A DNA stretch of 64,000 nt from a candidate division TM6 bacterium GW2011_GWE2_36_25 (GTDB lineage Bacteria > Babelota > Babeliae > Babelales > UBA12409). A model generated the notes under the pieces. It did not search any database. It saw only the letters and a program-made list of their open reading frames with translations, and had not been told where the DNA came from. The position numbers and the translations under genes are program-made. Where the stretch lies: positions 8,909-72,908 of the forward strand of contig LBRU01000004.1 of NCBI GenBank assembly GCA_000991575.1, in the 5' to 3' direction. Each line of letters opens with the position of its first letter. Position 1 is the stretch's first letter. Shown here piece after piece: positions 18,773 to 28,166 of this stretch.

Positions 18773-19091
18773 TCAAACACGTTACCAAAACGATCTCTTC
18801 ACGTTTACCACTAAAATCCCACGATACAATTGATCGATAAAATGGAATATTCTTTTTACCAGAAGAACGTTCCACACGAATTTCATAAGGATGCGTTACA
18901 TAATGCGAAACTCCCCGCTGTTCTAAAGCAATGACAGCTTGATTTGCCGCTTCAGACAACAAGCGAGCCTTTAAGGTATAATAAGAAACCTGAGAAACCA
19001 AGCCGCCAACCATTAAGAACCCAAGAAGCAAAATCGCTATTCCTGTAATAATTTCTAACAGACAAAAGCCTTTATTTTTTAATGAATTCAT
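18750..19091 (-). CDS. prepilin-type N-terminal cleavage/methylation domain protein (minor pseudopilin, GspI-like size)
   Basis: NKG|FCLLEIITGIAILLLGF. 113 aa. First gene of a three-gene overlapping operon. Confidence 0.75.
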   Translation of the reverse strand: MNSLKNKGFCLLEIITGIAILLLGFLMVGGLVSQVSYYTLKARLLSEAANQAVIALEQRGVSHYVTHPYEIRVERSSGKKNIPFYRSIVSWDFSGKREEIVLVTCLIEGIRGD

Positions 19092-19148
19092 GTTATCATT
19101 ACAATAAGAAATTAATTTACTTCCTGTTATACCATATCGGAGGAAAAA

Positions 19149-21155
19149 ATGAAAAAATTTATGCGTTTTTTGTTAATTTTACCTATTATGACTCTTTTTA
19201 TACCAAGCCATATCTTGAGTGACATGGCCTCCCCCTTCCCTGTAAGCGGAGAAAAACCGGTACGCGAAGATGACATTAGGGAAGTGCTTCATTCTGATGA
19301 ATTCAAACAGATGCTTGAAGAATTTGCTCCAGGATCTTCAGCTTCACTTAATTTAACCCCAGAAGAAGAAGAGGAAATCATTCGCCAGACACAAGCTTTT
19401 ACTGAAAAGCTTGAAGGAATGACAGAAGAAGAGCAACAACAAGAAGTTGAAAAAATGCTCCGTCAATTACCATCACCTCAACAAATGCAACAACAAGAAC
19501 CACCGGCACCCAAAAAAGAGACCCCCCCCGCTGTAGCAAAGGCTGAACCAAAGGCAGCTCCTAAAAGCGAAAAGATTGTTATCGATACAAGTGATACAAA
19601 AAAATTAATGGGGAAATTGGTCAAGGCACTTGAAGACATTGAACTCAAGTTTGAAAGTATGCCGCGCGTATCAAAAGAATCTTTTCTCGAACAAAAATGG
19701 GCAGAGGTCAAGGAAGAGTTACCTATGACTGTCTCTCTTTTAAAGAGAATTGAAAAAAAGTCTGATCTTCTTGAAAAATTAGCCTCACAAGAATTTTCGC
19801 TGTTGAGATCACAACTGAAAGATTTATATCAAGAATTGCAACCTCAACGAAAAAAACTTGCCATTCCCGATACCGCTAAATTGAAAAATCTAAACGACGA
19901 AGATCTATCACGCGCTGAACCTGTTACTAAAGCAGAAAAAGCCACATCAAAAAAAGCAACCGAAGCTATTATAAAAATATTAAGTCGTTCAATTCAAAGT
20001 ATTAATTATGGTAACAAAAAGTTGCTTGAAAAATATGCTCCTGAAGAATTAAAAAAAATAAATGAAGAATTTAAAAGTAAACCAAAGGCACAACCATATA
20101 CTCCAACAAAATCTTATGGCCGAGATGCAGGTTATGCCCCATACTATGGGGGATCATACGGAAGACCTTCTTCAGGATATCGTACGCCATCCTCCTCTTC
20201 TTACGGTGATCGACAAGCAGGAATGCCATATGATTCTTCAAAAGGTGCACCGGGCGACCGCGCGACCAGTAAAGCTGAAAAGCCAGGGGCTGCTACCGAA
20301 AAAGACAAAGCAGAAAAAGGTTTAAAAGGTGCCGCTGGTGAAAAAAACAAAAAAGATAAGAAAAAAGATAAAGATAAAGTCAATCCAGTGCAAAAAGCTC
20401 TCACCAATATTCAAGATCACGTTAAAAACCTTGAAGAAAGAGTTTCAATAGCATTTACGGAAGAACAAATACAACAAACAATGCAGAATTTCGCCGATCT
20501 CGATCTTGTTGAAGATCATGATGCTATAAATGATGTACGCTTTGCGCTTTTAGAAATCAACCCATTAATCACCAAGCTCAGTGGCGCAATCAATAAGTTT
20601 GACGAGGCAATTAAAAAAGAAAATGCCGAAATTAAAGATAAAAATAAAAAATTGATCAAAGAGCTTATTGATCGTCAAAATAAATTAAACACACTCGTAA
20701 AAATAGCAGAAACATTTACAAAACCAGAAGCTGTACAACTATTTGCCAATTCAGGAGAAAAAACAACGGTTATAACGTTGTTTAACGATTTCCTCAAAGG
20801 ATATCAAGATATTATTGATAAGTTAAAGACTTTTGAGGCACTTCAACAATCACTTACTGAATATAATCAAAAAGCTAATAAATTCATCAGCGAAAAAAAT
20901 CTTGTCAGCATCTTAACTGATGGAACTGCGCAACAATTGAGTAGCACTAACTTCAAAAAAGATCTTGCAGATTCTTTGAAACTGTTGAAAGAATATCAAC
21001 AGAATATGAAAAAACTTGAAGATCGTTATGGAAAAGAAAAAGCGCAAGAGATCAGTGGTGCAGCAAAAAACTTAGTTGATTTGCTTGGAAATGAAAATAT
21101 TCCAGCTGAAGTGCAACCAGAAGCAAAAATACTTAAAAAATCATTTCAACCTTAA
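19149..21155 (+). CDS. hypothetical large secreted protein, coiled-coil and low-complexity (Lys/Glu-rich, Ser/Tyr/Gly-rich patch)
   Basis: Signal peptide present. EEEE and QQQ tracts, a SYGRDAGYAPYYGGSYGRPSSGYRTPSSSSYG patch, a KKDKKKDKDK tract, and long heptad-like regions. Confidence 0.6.
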   Translation: MKKFMRFLLILPIMTLFIPSHILSDMASPFPVSGEKPVREDDIREVLHSDEFKQMLEEFAPGSSASLNLTPEEEEEIIRQTQAFTEKLEGMTEEEQQQEVEKMLRQLPSPQQMQQQEPPAPKKETPPAVAKAEPKAAPKSEKIVIDTSDTKKLMGKLVKALEDIELKFESMPRVSKESFLEQKWAEVKEELPMTVSLLKRIEKKSDLLEKLASQEFSLLRSQLKDLYQELQPQRKKLAIPDTAKLKNLNDEDLSRAEPVTKAEKATSKKATEAIIKILSRSIQSINYGNKKLLEKYAPEELKKINEEFKSKPKAQPYTPTKSYGRDAGYAPYYGGSYGRPSSGYRTPSSSSYGDRQAGMPYDSSKGAPGDRATSKAEKPGAATEKDKAEKGLKGAAGEKNKKDKKKDKDKVNPVQKALTNIQDHVKNLEERVSIAFTEEQIQQTMQNFADLDLVEDHDAINDVRFALLEINPLITKLSGAINKFDEAIKKENAEIKDKNKKLIKELIDRQNKLNTLVKIAETFTKPEAVQLFANSGEKTTVITLFNDFLKGYQDIIDKLKTFEALQQSLTEYNQKANKFISEKNLVSILTDGTAQQLSSTNFKKDLADSLKLLKEYQQNMKKLEDRYGKEKAQEISGAAKNLVDLLGNENIPAEVQPEAKILKKSFQP

Positions 21156-21214
21156 ACATCTCAAGAATAAATTCAAAAGGCTTTAACCTCTTACAATTAT
21201 CTATATTTTGAGAT

Positions 21215-21640
21215 AGTTTTTACTTCTTGCGTTCGATAAAACCCTTCGACTTCGCTCAGGGCGAACGCATTCTTCATTTATCTAATCAAACGCGCTCGCA
21301 ATGAGCAAACCAACCCATACGAGCGTTCGCACTCTTCAACTTGAATATTGGCGGACTAATTGGCTCATCATTATAATCTTTACTTCTCGCGTTCGCCCTG
21401 AGGGAGCCATGTATGGCGATTCGAAGGGTTTTATCGAACGCACTTATTTCATAAAAATATTCCGCCGATATATGTACATCACTTGAAAATAAGTTAACGC
21501 GAGTTCGATAATTGTTGATATCCTTATTTTAAGATAATCTTTACTTCTCGCGTTCGCCCTGAGGAAGCCATGTATGGAGATTCGAAGGGTTTTGTCGAAC
21601 GCACTTATTTCATAAAAATATTCCGTCCACAACATAATCC
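21215..21640. repeat. cluster of REP-like palindromic elements, including two ~92-nt direct repeats
   Basis: Direct repeats at 21373-21464 and 21534-21625 differ by about 3 substitutions by eye. Modules GCGTTCGCCCTGAG...CGAAGGGTTTTATCGAACGC and CCATACGAGCG are present. The cluster fills the convergent intergenic region between ORF 19149 and ileS. Confidence 0.85.
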
Positions 21641-21716
21641 GAAAAATCCGAGTCAAAAATAATCTTCGAAGTTAAAGAAAAGTAATTTTCATAAGATGGC
21701 TTGACGTCGTTGAAAA

Positions 21717-24629
21717 TTACTTTTCTACTATCTTATAACAGCGGCGACAAAGATTATCTCTCTCGGGAGCTGTATCATATTGCCAACAACGAGGACATTT
21801 TTCTCCTTGTGCGCGCTCAACATCAACCTTTAATCCATTATCGTCACCGCGAAGACCAGATGGCTGCATTAAAACCTGTGAAACAATAAAAAACTCACGC
21901 AAGAAATCCATTAAGGATTGTCCAGACTTTTCAATTCTTTCAAAAAGTGGCTGCAACTCTTTTAACAATTCTCCCTCAAAAGATATGAGTATGCGAGACT
22001 CAAGTGAGTGCTTAATTACGCCCTGCTCACGTTGTTTTTCAATCGCTTTTAAAACAGCACTACGAACATCAAAAAGTTTTTGCCATTGGACATCCCACTG
22101 GTAAAACATTTTATCCAAATCAAACGCTCTTCTATTATCAAGCGGCAACCCCGATTGATCTATCATAAAATGTTCTTTTAATTCGGATCGGTCGACCATT
22201 ATGCGCCAAATATTCTGAACTTCTGCAAATTTTTGTAAATGAATCGATTCTTTTTTATTCCGTTGATAATAATCAGATATTTGTTCAGCAACAAAGGAAA
22301 AAATGGGAGCCATTAATTTAGTCATCGCATCTAAAATATGCCAGCAAACTGTCTGGGCTGATCGACGTGCATGACCATCAGCTTTTTCCACGTATAAACG
22401 ATCTTTAATTATATCAAGATACAATGAACTTAATTCGGTTGTGCAATAATCAGTTAAACGATGGAATATCGCCGTAAAATCAGATTTTTCATAAGCTTTG
22501 CGCACATCCTGATTTAAAAAGTAGAGAGAGCGTAACGCATATTGATCGATAGATAACAATTTTTCTAAAGCTACCGCATCTTTATCAATATTAAAATCAT
22601 AAAGATTAGATAATAAAAATCGTGCCGTATTACGAACTTTTCGATACACCTCTTGAACATTCTTCAATAAAGCATCAGAAACAATCGCATCATCAGTATA
22701 ATCGATACTTGAAACCCACAGACGCAAAATATCGGTACCAAATTGATTGATAATATCAATTGGTGCAACAACATTACCAATTGACTTGGACATTTTTTCG
22801 CCCGTCTCATCAGCGGTATAACCATGCGTTAAAATCGTCTTGGTAGACGGTTCCCCTTCTATCGCCATACTGGTCAATAATGACGCCTGAAACCACCCAC
22901 GAGCCTGGTCGCGCCCTTCTAAATACATGTTCGCCGGATACGCAAGCGCTTTATTCTGCTTCAACACCGCAAAATGACTTACCCCTGCGTCAAACCACAC
23001 ATCCAAAATGTCGGTTTCTTTTCTCAAATGAGAACTTCCACACGAAGGACACTTCACGTTATGCGACTGCATTAATTGCTCAATCGACACCTCGCGCCAA
23101 TAGACAATGCCATGTTCTGCAACCTTGCTTGCAATCGCATCAATCAAATCTTTTTTCAAATATGCGACATCGCATTGCTCGCAAATGAGCGCAGGAATTG
23201 GCGCCCCACACACACGTTGACGAGAAATGCACCATTCAAGTCTGCTTTCAATTGCCGCACGCAAATGATTTGCACTCTGTTTTGGTAAAAAATTAACATG
23301 CTCAAGCGCTTTAATCGTTTTATCCTGTAACTGTTCGTTACGTAAATCTAAAAACCATTGCTTTGTCGCACGGAAAATAAGGCCATTGCGACACCGCCAA
23401 CAATGGGGATATGGATGGCGAATGGAACCTTTATAAAACAACCACCCTTGCTCTTCTAATTTTTTTAATACAGCCCATTGTCCATCTGTTACCAAAACTC
23501 CCGTTAAATCAGCTGGTGTTATGGTTTGATCATATTTTCCGTCAGATGTCAGGGGTGAATAAATTTCAAGACTATTTTTTAACGCAAGTTCATAATCTTC
23601 AGGACCACATCCGGGCGCTGTGTGAACACATGCGGTGCCCTCATCAAGCGCAACATGTTCATCAAATATAATAGGGACAGATAAACCAGTGAGAGGCTGC
23701 TCAACCGACGCACCCTTTAGTTGATCGCTATTAATTTCTAAAAGAACCTTACATTCTTTTCCAGTATCTTTGGCAACTTTTTCAAGTAACGTTTTTGCCA
23801 AAATAACAAAGATTCCTTCTGCATCAGCAATGACATATGATGTTGCAGGTCTTAACGTCACGGCACGATTCAACGGAAGTGTCCACGGCGTCGTTGTCCA
23901 GATTAAAAGATGTACTTTTTTATCTTTTAATTCAGGAGCAAACTTCGCAACATATTCCGTATGTAATGGAAATAAAACATAAACTGACGGATCTTTACGT
24001 TCTTTATATTCAATTTCAGCAGAAGCTAATGACGTCTGACACGATGCACACCATGGAACTGTTTTAAATTTTCGTTCAATAAAATTCTTTTCAACTAAAA
24101 TACCGAGTGCTTTTAAGATTGACGATTCATATCCATAATCCATCGTCAAATAAGGATGAGCCCAATTCATCACAACGCCAAGCTGTTTAAACTGATCCCG
24201 CTGAATATCAATCCACTTATACGCATATTCGCGACATTTTTTAATTAACTCAACAGGAGAAAGTCCCGGATGCTCTTTAGAAACATTACGCTCAATTGGC
24301 AACCCATGACAATCCCACCCTGGTGTTACCGGAACCTGCTTGCCACTCATACGCTGAGATTTCGTTACAAAATCTTTCAAAATCTTGTTGTAAGCAGTCC
24401 CTAAATGAATGGGCCCATTTGCATAGGGTGGCCCATCATGCAAAATATATTTTTCTGCACCTTTGTGCGCTAAAAACGCCTTTTCGTAGAGCTTTTCTTC
24501 TTCCCAACGTTTAAGCATTTCAGGATCAAGCTCTTTTGCATTTGCCCGAATAGGAAAATCAGTCTTTGGTAAATTTAATGTATCTTTAAATGAAACTTTT
24601 TGCGTCTCTTTTTTATCTTCAACTGCCAT
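21717..24629 (-). CDS. ileS: isoleucyl-tRNA synthetase
   Basis: PPYANGPIHLGTAYNK (HIGH region), KMSKSIGNVV (KMSKS), and a C-terminal zinc finger CPRCW...CRRC. 970 aa. Confidence 0.96.
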   Translation of the reverse strand: MAVEDKKETQKVSFKDTLNLPKTDFPIRANAKELDPEMLKRWEEEKLYEKAFLAHKGAEKYILHDGPPYANGPIHLGTAYNKILKDFVTKSQRMSGKQVPVTPGWDCHGLPIERNVSKEHPGLSPVELIKKCREYAYKWIDIQRDQFKQLGVVMNWAHPYLTMDYGYESSILKALGILVEKNFIERKFKTVPWCASCQTSLASAEIEYKERKDPSVYVLFPLHTEYVAKFAPELKDKKVHLLIWTTTPWTLPLNRAVTLRPATSYVIADAEGIFVILAKTLLEKVAKDTGKECKVLLEINSDQLKGASVEQPLTGLSVPIIFDEHVALDEGTACVHTAPGCGPEDYELALKNSLEIYSPLTSDGKYDQTITPADLTGVLVTDGQWAVLKKLEEQGWLFYKGSIRHPYPHCWRCRNGLIFRATKQWFLDLRNEQLQDKTIKALEHVNFLPKQSANHLRAAIESRLEWCISRQRVCGAPIPALICEQCDVAYLKKDLIDAIASKVAEHGIVYWREVSIEQLMQSHNVKCPSCGSSHLRKETDILDVWFDAGVSHFAVLKQNKALAYPANMYLEGRDQARGWFQASLLTSMAIEGEPSTKTILTHGYTADETGEKMSKSIGNVVAPIDIINQFGTDILRLWVSSIDYTDDAIVSDALLKNVQEVYRKVRNTARFLLSNLYDFNIDKDAVALEKLLSIDQYALRSLYFLNQDVRKAYEKSDFTAIFHRLTDYCTTELSSLYLDIIKDRLYVEKADGHARRSAQTVCWHILDAMTKLMAPIFSFVAEQISDYYQRNKKESIHLQKFAEVQNIWRIMVDRSELKEHFMIDQSGLPLDNRRAFDLDKMFYQWDVQWQKLFDVRSAVLKAIEKQREQGVIKHSLESRILISFEGELLKELQPLFERIEKSGQSLMDFLREFFIVSQVLMQPSGLRGDDNGLKVDVERAQGEKCPRCWQYDTAPERDNLCRRCYKIVEK

Positions 24630-24738
24630 AGCAGATCACCTTTTCAAAAATCTTATCTTCTATAAAAAAGTATACTACATTGAGCGTTTTTTCCCAACCA
24701 AGCTTCAAAATATTTTTAAAAAACAATACACCTTCACC

Positions 24739-24766
24739 TTGACAAATATTTCAAATTGGATATAAT
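24739..24766 (+). promoter_or_regulatory. near-consensus sigma70 promoter (TTGACA, 16 nt, TATAAT)
   Basis: TTGACA at 24739-24744 and TATAAT at 24761-24766, 26 nt upstream of ATG 24792. AGGA lies in between. Confidence 0.6.
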
Positions 24767-24791
24767 AAAATACGTGAATTAAAGGAATAAT

Positions 24792-25727
24792 ATGAAAAGA
24801 ATATTGTGGATATTTTTCATAACAACATTCTCGCTACCATTTTCAGTATTGGGAATGTCGCCAAGTATTTCCCATTTTATCTACGCAATTAAAGAGTCCA
24901 TTTGGAAACCCTGCATAGATAAGACATTCGAATTAAGTAAACATGATTCACGCCATCTTTCACTGGAACATTCCTTAACAAGCAGAGATGCATTTTCATC
25001 TTTAACTTCTTATTGTGAACATATAAAACGTTTAAAAATCTATGAAATTGAGAGCTTAATTAAGTCAACAGGAATAACTTTGCTAAATTATAAAGCAGGC
25101 ATAAATGAATCTCTAGAAAAAATACTTACCCAAATCAAACCAATAGGTCTCTGGACAAATCCAACAATTGCTCCACCTTACCTATTACGTATTATATTTC
25201 AAGCACTAAAAATTTTAAAAATAAAAAAACCAGATCTCCCAATGGGTTTAATAGTCATGACTGGTGACTGTGATTCACGCATAGCTCGCGGAATCTTTAG
25301 TTGGAAAATAATTAGTGAAGATACCGTCAAATATGCCCTATTATTCATTTTAATTAATAATATGATCTTACGGAACTCATTTAGTTCTCCAAAAAAAACC
25401 TGTTTTCATGAAGTAACTCACTTGGGACAACTTATACACCAGCTTAAAGAAAAAAAATTGATACCAACAATCAACCTAAAATATATGCATGATGAAACAG
25501 AAGCAGATACCGAGGCATTTTTAAATTTAAACTGTTATACTTGCGCTTGTGAAGCAACACAATATCTTTGGGAAGAATCTGAACATTATCTCACACGTTC
25601 TAAAGCAGAAAAAATTTTATTAACCATGGACCATGATCAACTTTGTCCTTACCATCAAGGACGCCTCGAAGGCATTCCTCATGAAACTCTTCTTGAAGAA
25701 ATTGGCAATGGCACACGAGGTATCTAA
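24792..25727 (+). CDS. hypothetical secreted protein with an HExxH motif (possible gluzincin-like metallopeptidase)
   Basis: Signal peptide present. CFHEVTHLGQ is followed about 25 aa later by HDETEAD. No other recognisable similarity. Confidence 0.5.
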   Translation: MKRILWIFFITTFSLPFSVLGMSPSISHFIYAIKESIWKPCIDKTFELSKHDSRHLSLEHSLTSRDAFSSLTSYCEHIKRLKIYEIESLIKSTGITLLNYKAGINESLEKILTQIKPIGLWTNPTIAPPYLLRIIFQALKILKIKKPDLPMGLIVMTGDCDSRIARGIFSWKIISEDTVKYALLFILINNMILRNSFSSPKKTCFHEVTHLGQLIHQLKEKKLIPTINLKYMHDETEADTEAFLNLNCYTCACEATQYLWEESEHYLTRSKAEKILLTMDHDQLCPYHQGRLEGIPHETLLEEIGNGTRGI

Positions 25728-25874
25728 AATCTTAAAACCACAAAAAAGATTTTTGAAGTTGAAATAAATGAAACTGGAATCGTAATGCCATGGGAAGATC
25801 AAGATAAAAGCATCTTTTTATTCTAAACGCAAATGCAACGTTTTCCCCAATCACCTAAAATATTTATGTATTAA

Positions 25875-26984
25875 TTATAATGTCGATTCACGTACAATGC
25901 GCCAGATAATACCGAGCATGGCAATATTACACAATAATGCCGAATTACCATAACTGATAAAGGGAAGACCAATTCCTTTAGTTGGAAAAAGTCCAACCGC
26001 CACTGCCATATTAATTATTGCTTGAATTGTTGTTAACAAAACAAATCCTTGAATAACATAACGCCCGAAAACGGATGAAACATGCCAACTCAGTTGCAAA
26101 CCCTTATACAAAATAAAAATATACAAACTGATTACAATAAAAACCCCTATAAAACCAGTCTCCTCGGCGATAATTGAAAAAATGAAATCAGTATGTTGCA
26201 TGGGCAAATAAAAAAACTTTTGACGTGAACACGAAACACCAATACCCCAAAGACCACCGGAACCAATTGCTATTAAAGATTGAATCACCTGAAACCCGGC
26301 TCCCTGCGGATCTCGCCAGGGATCTAAAAATGTTAATATCCGCTTAACGCGATACGGCTCGAGATAAATTAATAGTGCACCAACAGGAACCGCCATCAAA
26401 CATAGCCATAAAACATATTTCCAATCAGGATATGCGATAAAAAAAAGACCTAATACCGTTGCCCCTAATGTGACGGTTAAACCAAAATCTGGTTGTTTTA
26501 ATAAAATTAAACTGGCTAAAGCTAAAACAAACAAAATAGGAATATATCGACGATACGGTTTTCGCACCAAATCTTCTTTGCGCGACAACAAAAAAGCAAC
26601 ATATAAAATCAGAGACCATTTCAACAGTTCACTCGGCTGAAAAATAAAGCCACCAAGATTAAGCCACCGGCTTGATCCATGAATGCGATATGCAAAAGAA
26701 CCGATCAAAGTTAAAAAAGTTATTCCGAGAGAACCGAAAAAAAAGAGCGGCGACAAACAATACGTCAATCGCAATGGTATTAACGCAAGAACAAATGCCG
26801 CTATCAGGCCTAATCCAAAACCAACAAATTGTTTTTTTACAAAATATGCTGCATCATGCACAAATTCTAATGCATAAACAGAACTTGAAGAATAGATAAA
26901 GATAAAACCAATAATAATTAAACAGCCAATTGCACCAAATAATAATTTAAGATTACGATGAAGTTTATAATAAGAAGCAAGCAC
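25875..26984 (-). CDS. ftsW: SEDS-family peptidoglycan glycosyltransferase (FtsW/RodA); FtsW suggested by murD linkage
   Basis: 10-TM protein with SEDS motifs (QPSELLK, LLKQPDFG, PMQHTDFIFSIIAEETGFIG, GLPFISYGNSA). GTG start after AAGGAG. Confidence 0.85.
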   Translation of the reverse strand: MLASYYKLHRNLKLLFGAIGCLIIIGFIFIYSSSSVYALEFVHDAAYFVKKQFVGFGLGLIAAFVLALIPLRLTYCLSPLFFFGSLGITFLTLIGSFAYRIHGSSRWLNLGGFIFQPSELLKWSLILYVAFLLSRKEDLVRKPYRRYIPILFVLALASLILLKQPDFGLTVTLGATVLGLFFIAYPDWKYVLWLCLMAVPVGALLIYLEPYRVKRILTFLDPWRDPQGAGFQVIQSLIAIGSGGLWGIGVSCSRQKFFYLPMQHTDFIFSIIAEETGFIGVFIVISLYIFILYKGLQLSWHVSSVFGRYVIQGFVLLTTIQAIINMAVAVGLFPTKGIGLPFISYGNSALLCNIAMLGIIWRIVRESTL

Positions 26985-27058
26985 AAACTTCTCCTTTTTC
27001 TCTCACGACTCCATTAACCGTACTACACGCAATAAGCAAAAGTCAAAGTTACATTTAA

Positions 27059-28165
27059 TTATCTCGTTGGCAAATAAAATTGAAGTCCTTCAACGGTTCT
27101 TTTTCCATCGCGAAGAGATCTTATTACCGTCGGTGTTAATCCCAAATCTTGTAAAAAGTGTTCAGCATCACGCTCTGCTTTTGAACCTTCACCAGCAGCA
27201 ACGCCCGCCTGACGATACACATTATCTGCGACATCGCCAGCAGCAAATACACCAGGAACAGACGTTTTTTGAGAACGACCAAGCAATGTAATGGTTCCAT
27301 CTTTTTCTAATGCAATCTTTCCTTCAAAAATCTGCGTCCGTGGCAAATGTCCAATGGCAAGAAAAATACCATCGATCGAACGTTGTTCCACTTTCCCCGT
27401 CAACTTATCATAAACATCAACCGCGCAAACGCCCATATCATTACCGTAAATACGCACTAAATCTTTACCATATTCAACTGATGCATTTTTGAGGTCTTTT
27501 AATTTAGCTTGCATTGCAGCAGAAGCACGCATTTCGCTTCGACGAACAATTTGGGTAATTTTTTTTGCATACGGAGAAAGCTGTATAACTTGTTCAATCG
27601 CACTATCACCACCACCAATAACCATAACTTCTCGATCTTCATATAAAGGAGCATCACAAACCGCACAGGCACTTACACCTTGACCCCAATATTGCTTTTC
27701 CCCTTCAGTTCCCAATTTTCGCGGTTCTGAGCCAGTTGCAATAATAACGGTTAATGCTTTAACTTCAGTACCCTCTACCGTTTGCACTTTAAAAGGCCAT
27801 GTATTCACATCAACTTCTTTAACAGTCTCTGGACATATATGAGCCCCAGCGCCCGCTGCCTGTTTGCGCTGACTCTCCATAATCTCAATACCCTTGGCTC
27901 TTTTAATGCCGGGCCAATTTTCAACATATCCTGTTTCAGTTAATTGCCCACCTGGCAATGGACCTTCAAATACCAGAACATCCATTCCCGCACGTGCCCC
28001 ATACGTAGCAGCGGCACAACCAGCAGGACCAGATCCCAGGACAACCATTGAAACAACATTATGTTGCCCACGCAGATTATTTAAATGATATTTTTCACCA
28101 TCAAGAATAGTATGTGATGCACACAATGAAAAAGCACCGCATAACAGCAACCACACTTTGCTCAT
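27059..28165 (-). CDS. trxB: thioredoxin reductase-like flavoprotein with a signal-peptide-like N-terminal extension
   Basis: VVLGSGPAGCAAATYGARAG (FAD), CAVCDAP (redox CxxC), GGGDSAIEQ (NADPH), GVFAAGDV. The extra N-terminus is MSKVWLLLCGAFSLCASH. The start lies 1 nt after the murD stop. Confidence 0.85.
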   Translation of the reverse strand: MSKVWLLLCGAFSLCASHTILDGEKYHLNNLRGQHNVVSMVVLGSGPAGCAAATYGARAGMDVLVFEGPLPGGQLTETGYVENWPGIKRAKGIEIMESQRKQAAGAGAHICPETVKEVDVNTWPFKVQTVEGTEVKALTVIIATGSEPRKLGTEGEKQYWGQGVSACAVCDAPLYEDREVMVIGGGDSAIEQVIQLSPYAKKITQIVRRSEMRASAAMQAKLKDLKNASVEYGKDLVRIYGNDMGVCAVDVYDKLTGKVEQRSIDGIFLAIGHLPRTQIFEGKIALEKDGTITLLGRSQKTSVPGVFAAGDVADNVYRQAGVAAGEGSKAERDAEHFLQDLGLTPTVIRSLRDGKRTVEGLQFYLPTR

Positions 28166-28166
28166 A

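Noticed and set aside
21373-21625. Possible CRISPR array, suggested by the direct repeats with a spacer-like gap.
   Set aside because: There are only two copies. The units are ~92 nt (far longer than CRISPR repeats) with a 69-nt gap. No cas genes are present, and the same modules occur dispersed and inverted elsewhere.
21301-21656. ORFs 21301..21486(+) and 21444..21656(-), listed as 61-70 aa proteins.
   Set aside because: Both lie entirely in the REP-like repeat cluster. Their sequences (…VRPEGAMYGDSKGFIERTYF…) are translations of the palindromic modules. There is no RBS, and they overlap each other on opposite strands.
28048-28165. Treating the TrxR N-terminal 39 aa as non-coding (start at Met40).
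   Set aside because: I have not fully rejected this, and it is kept as an alternative. I retained the long form because its ATG abuts the murD stop, and because the paralogue at 35516 also carries an N-terminal hydrophobic segment plus a linker.
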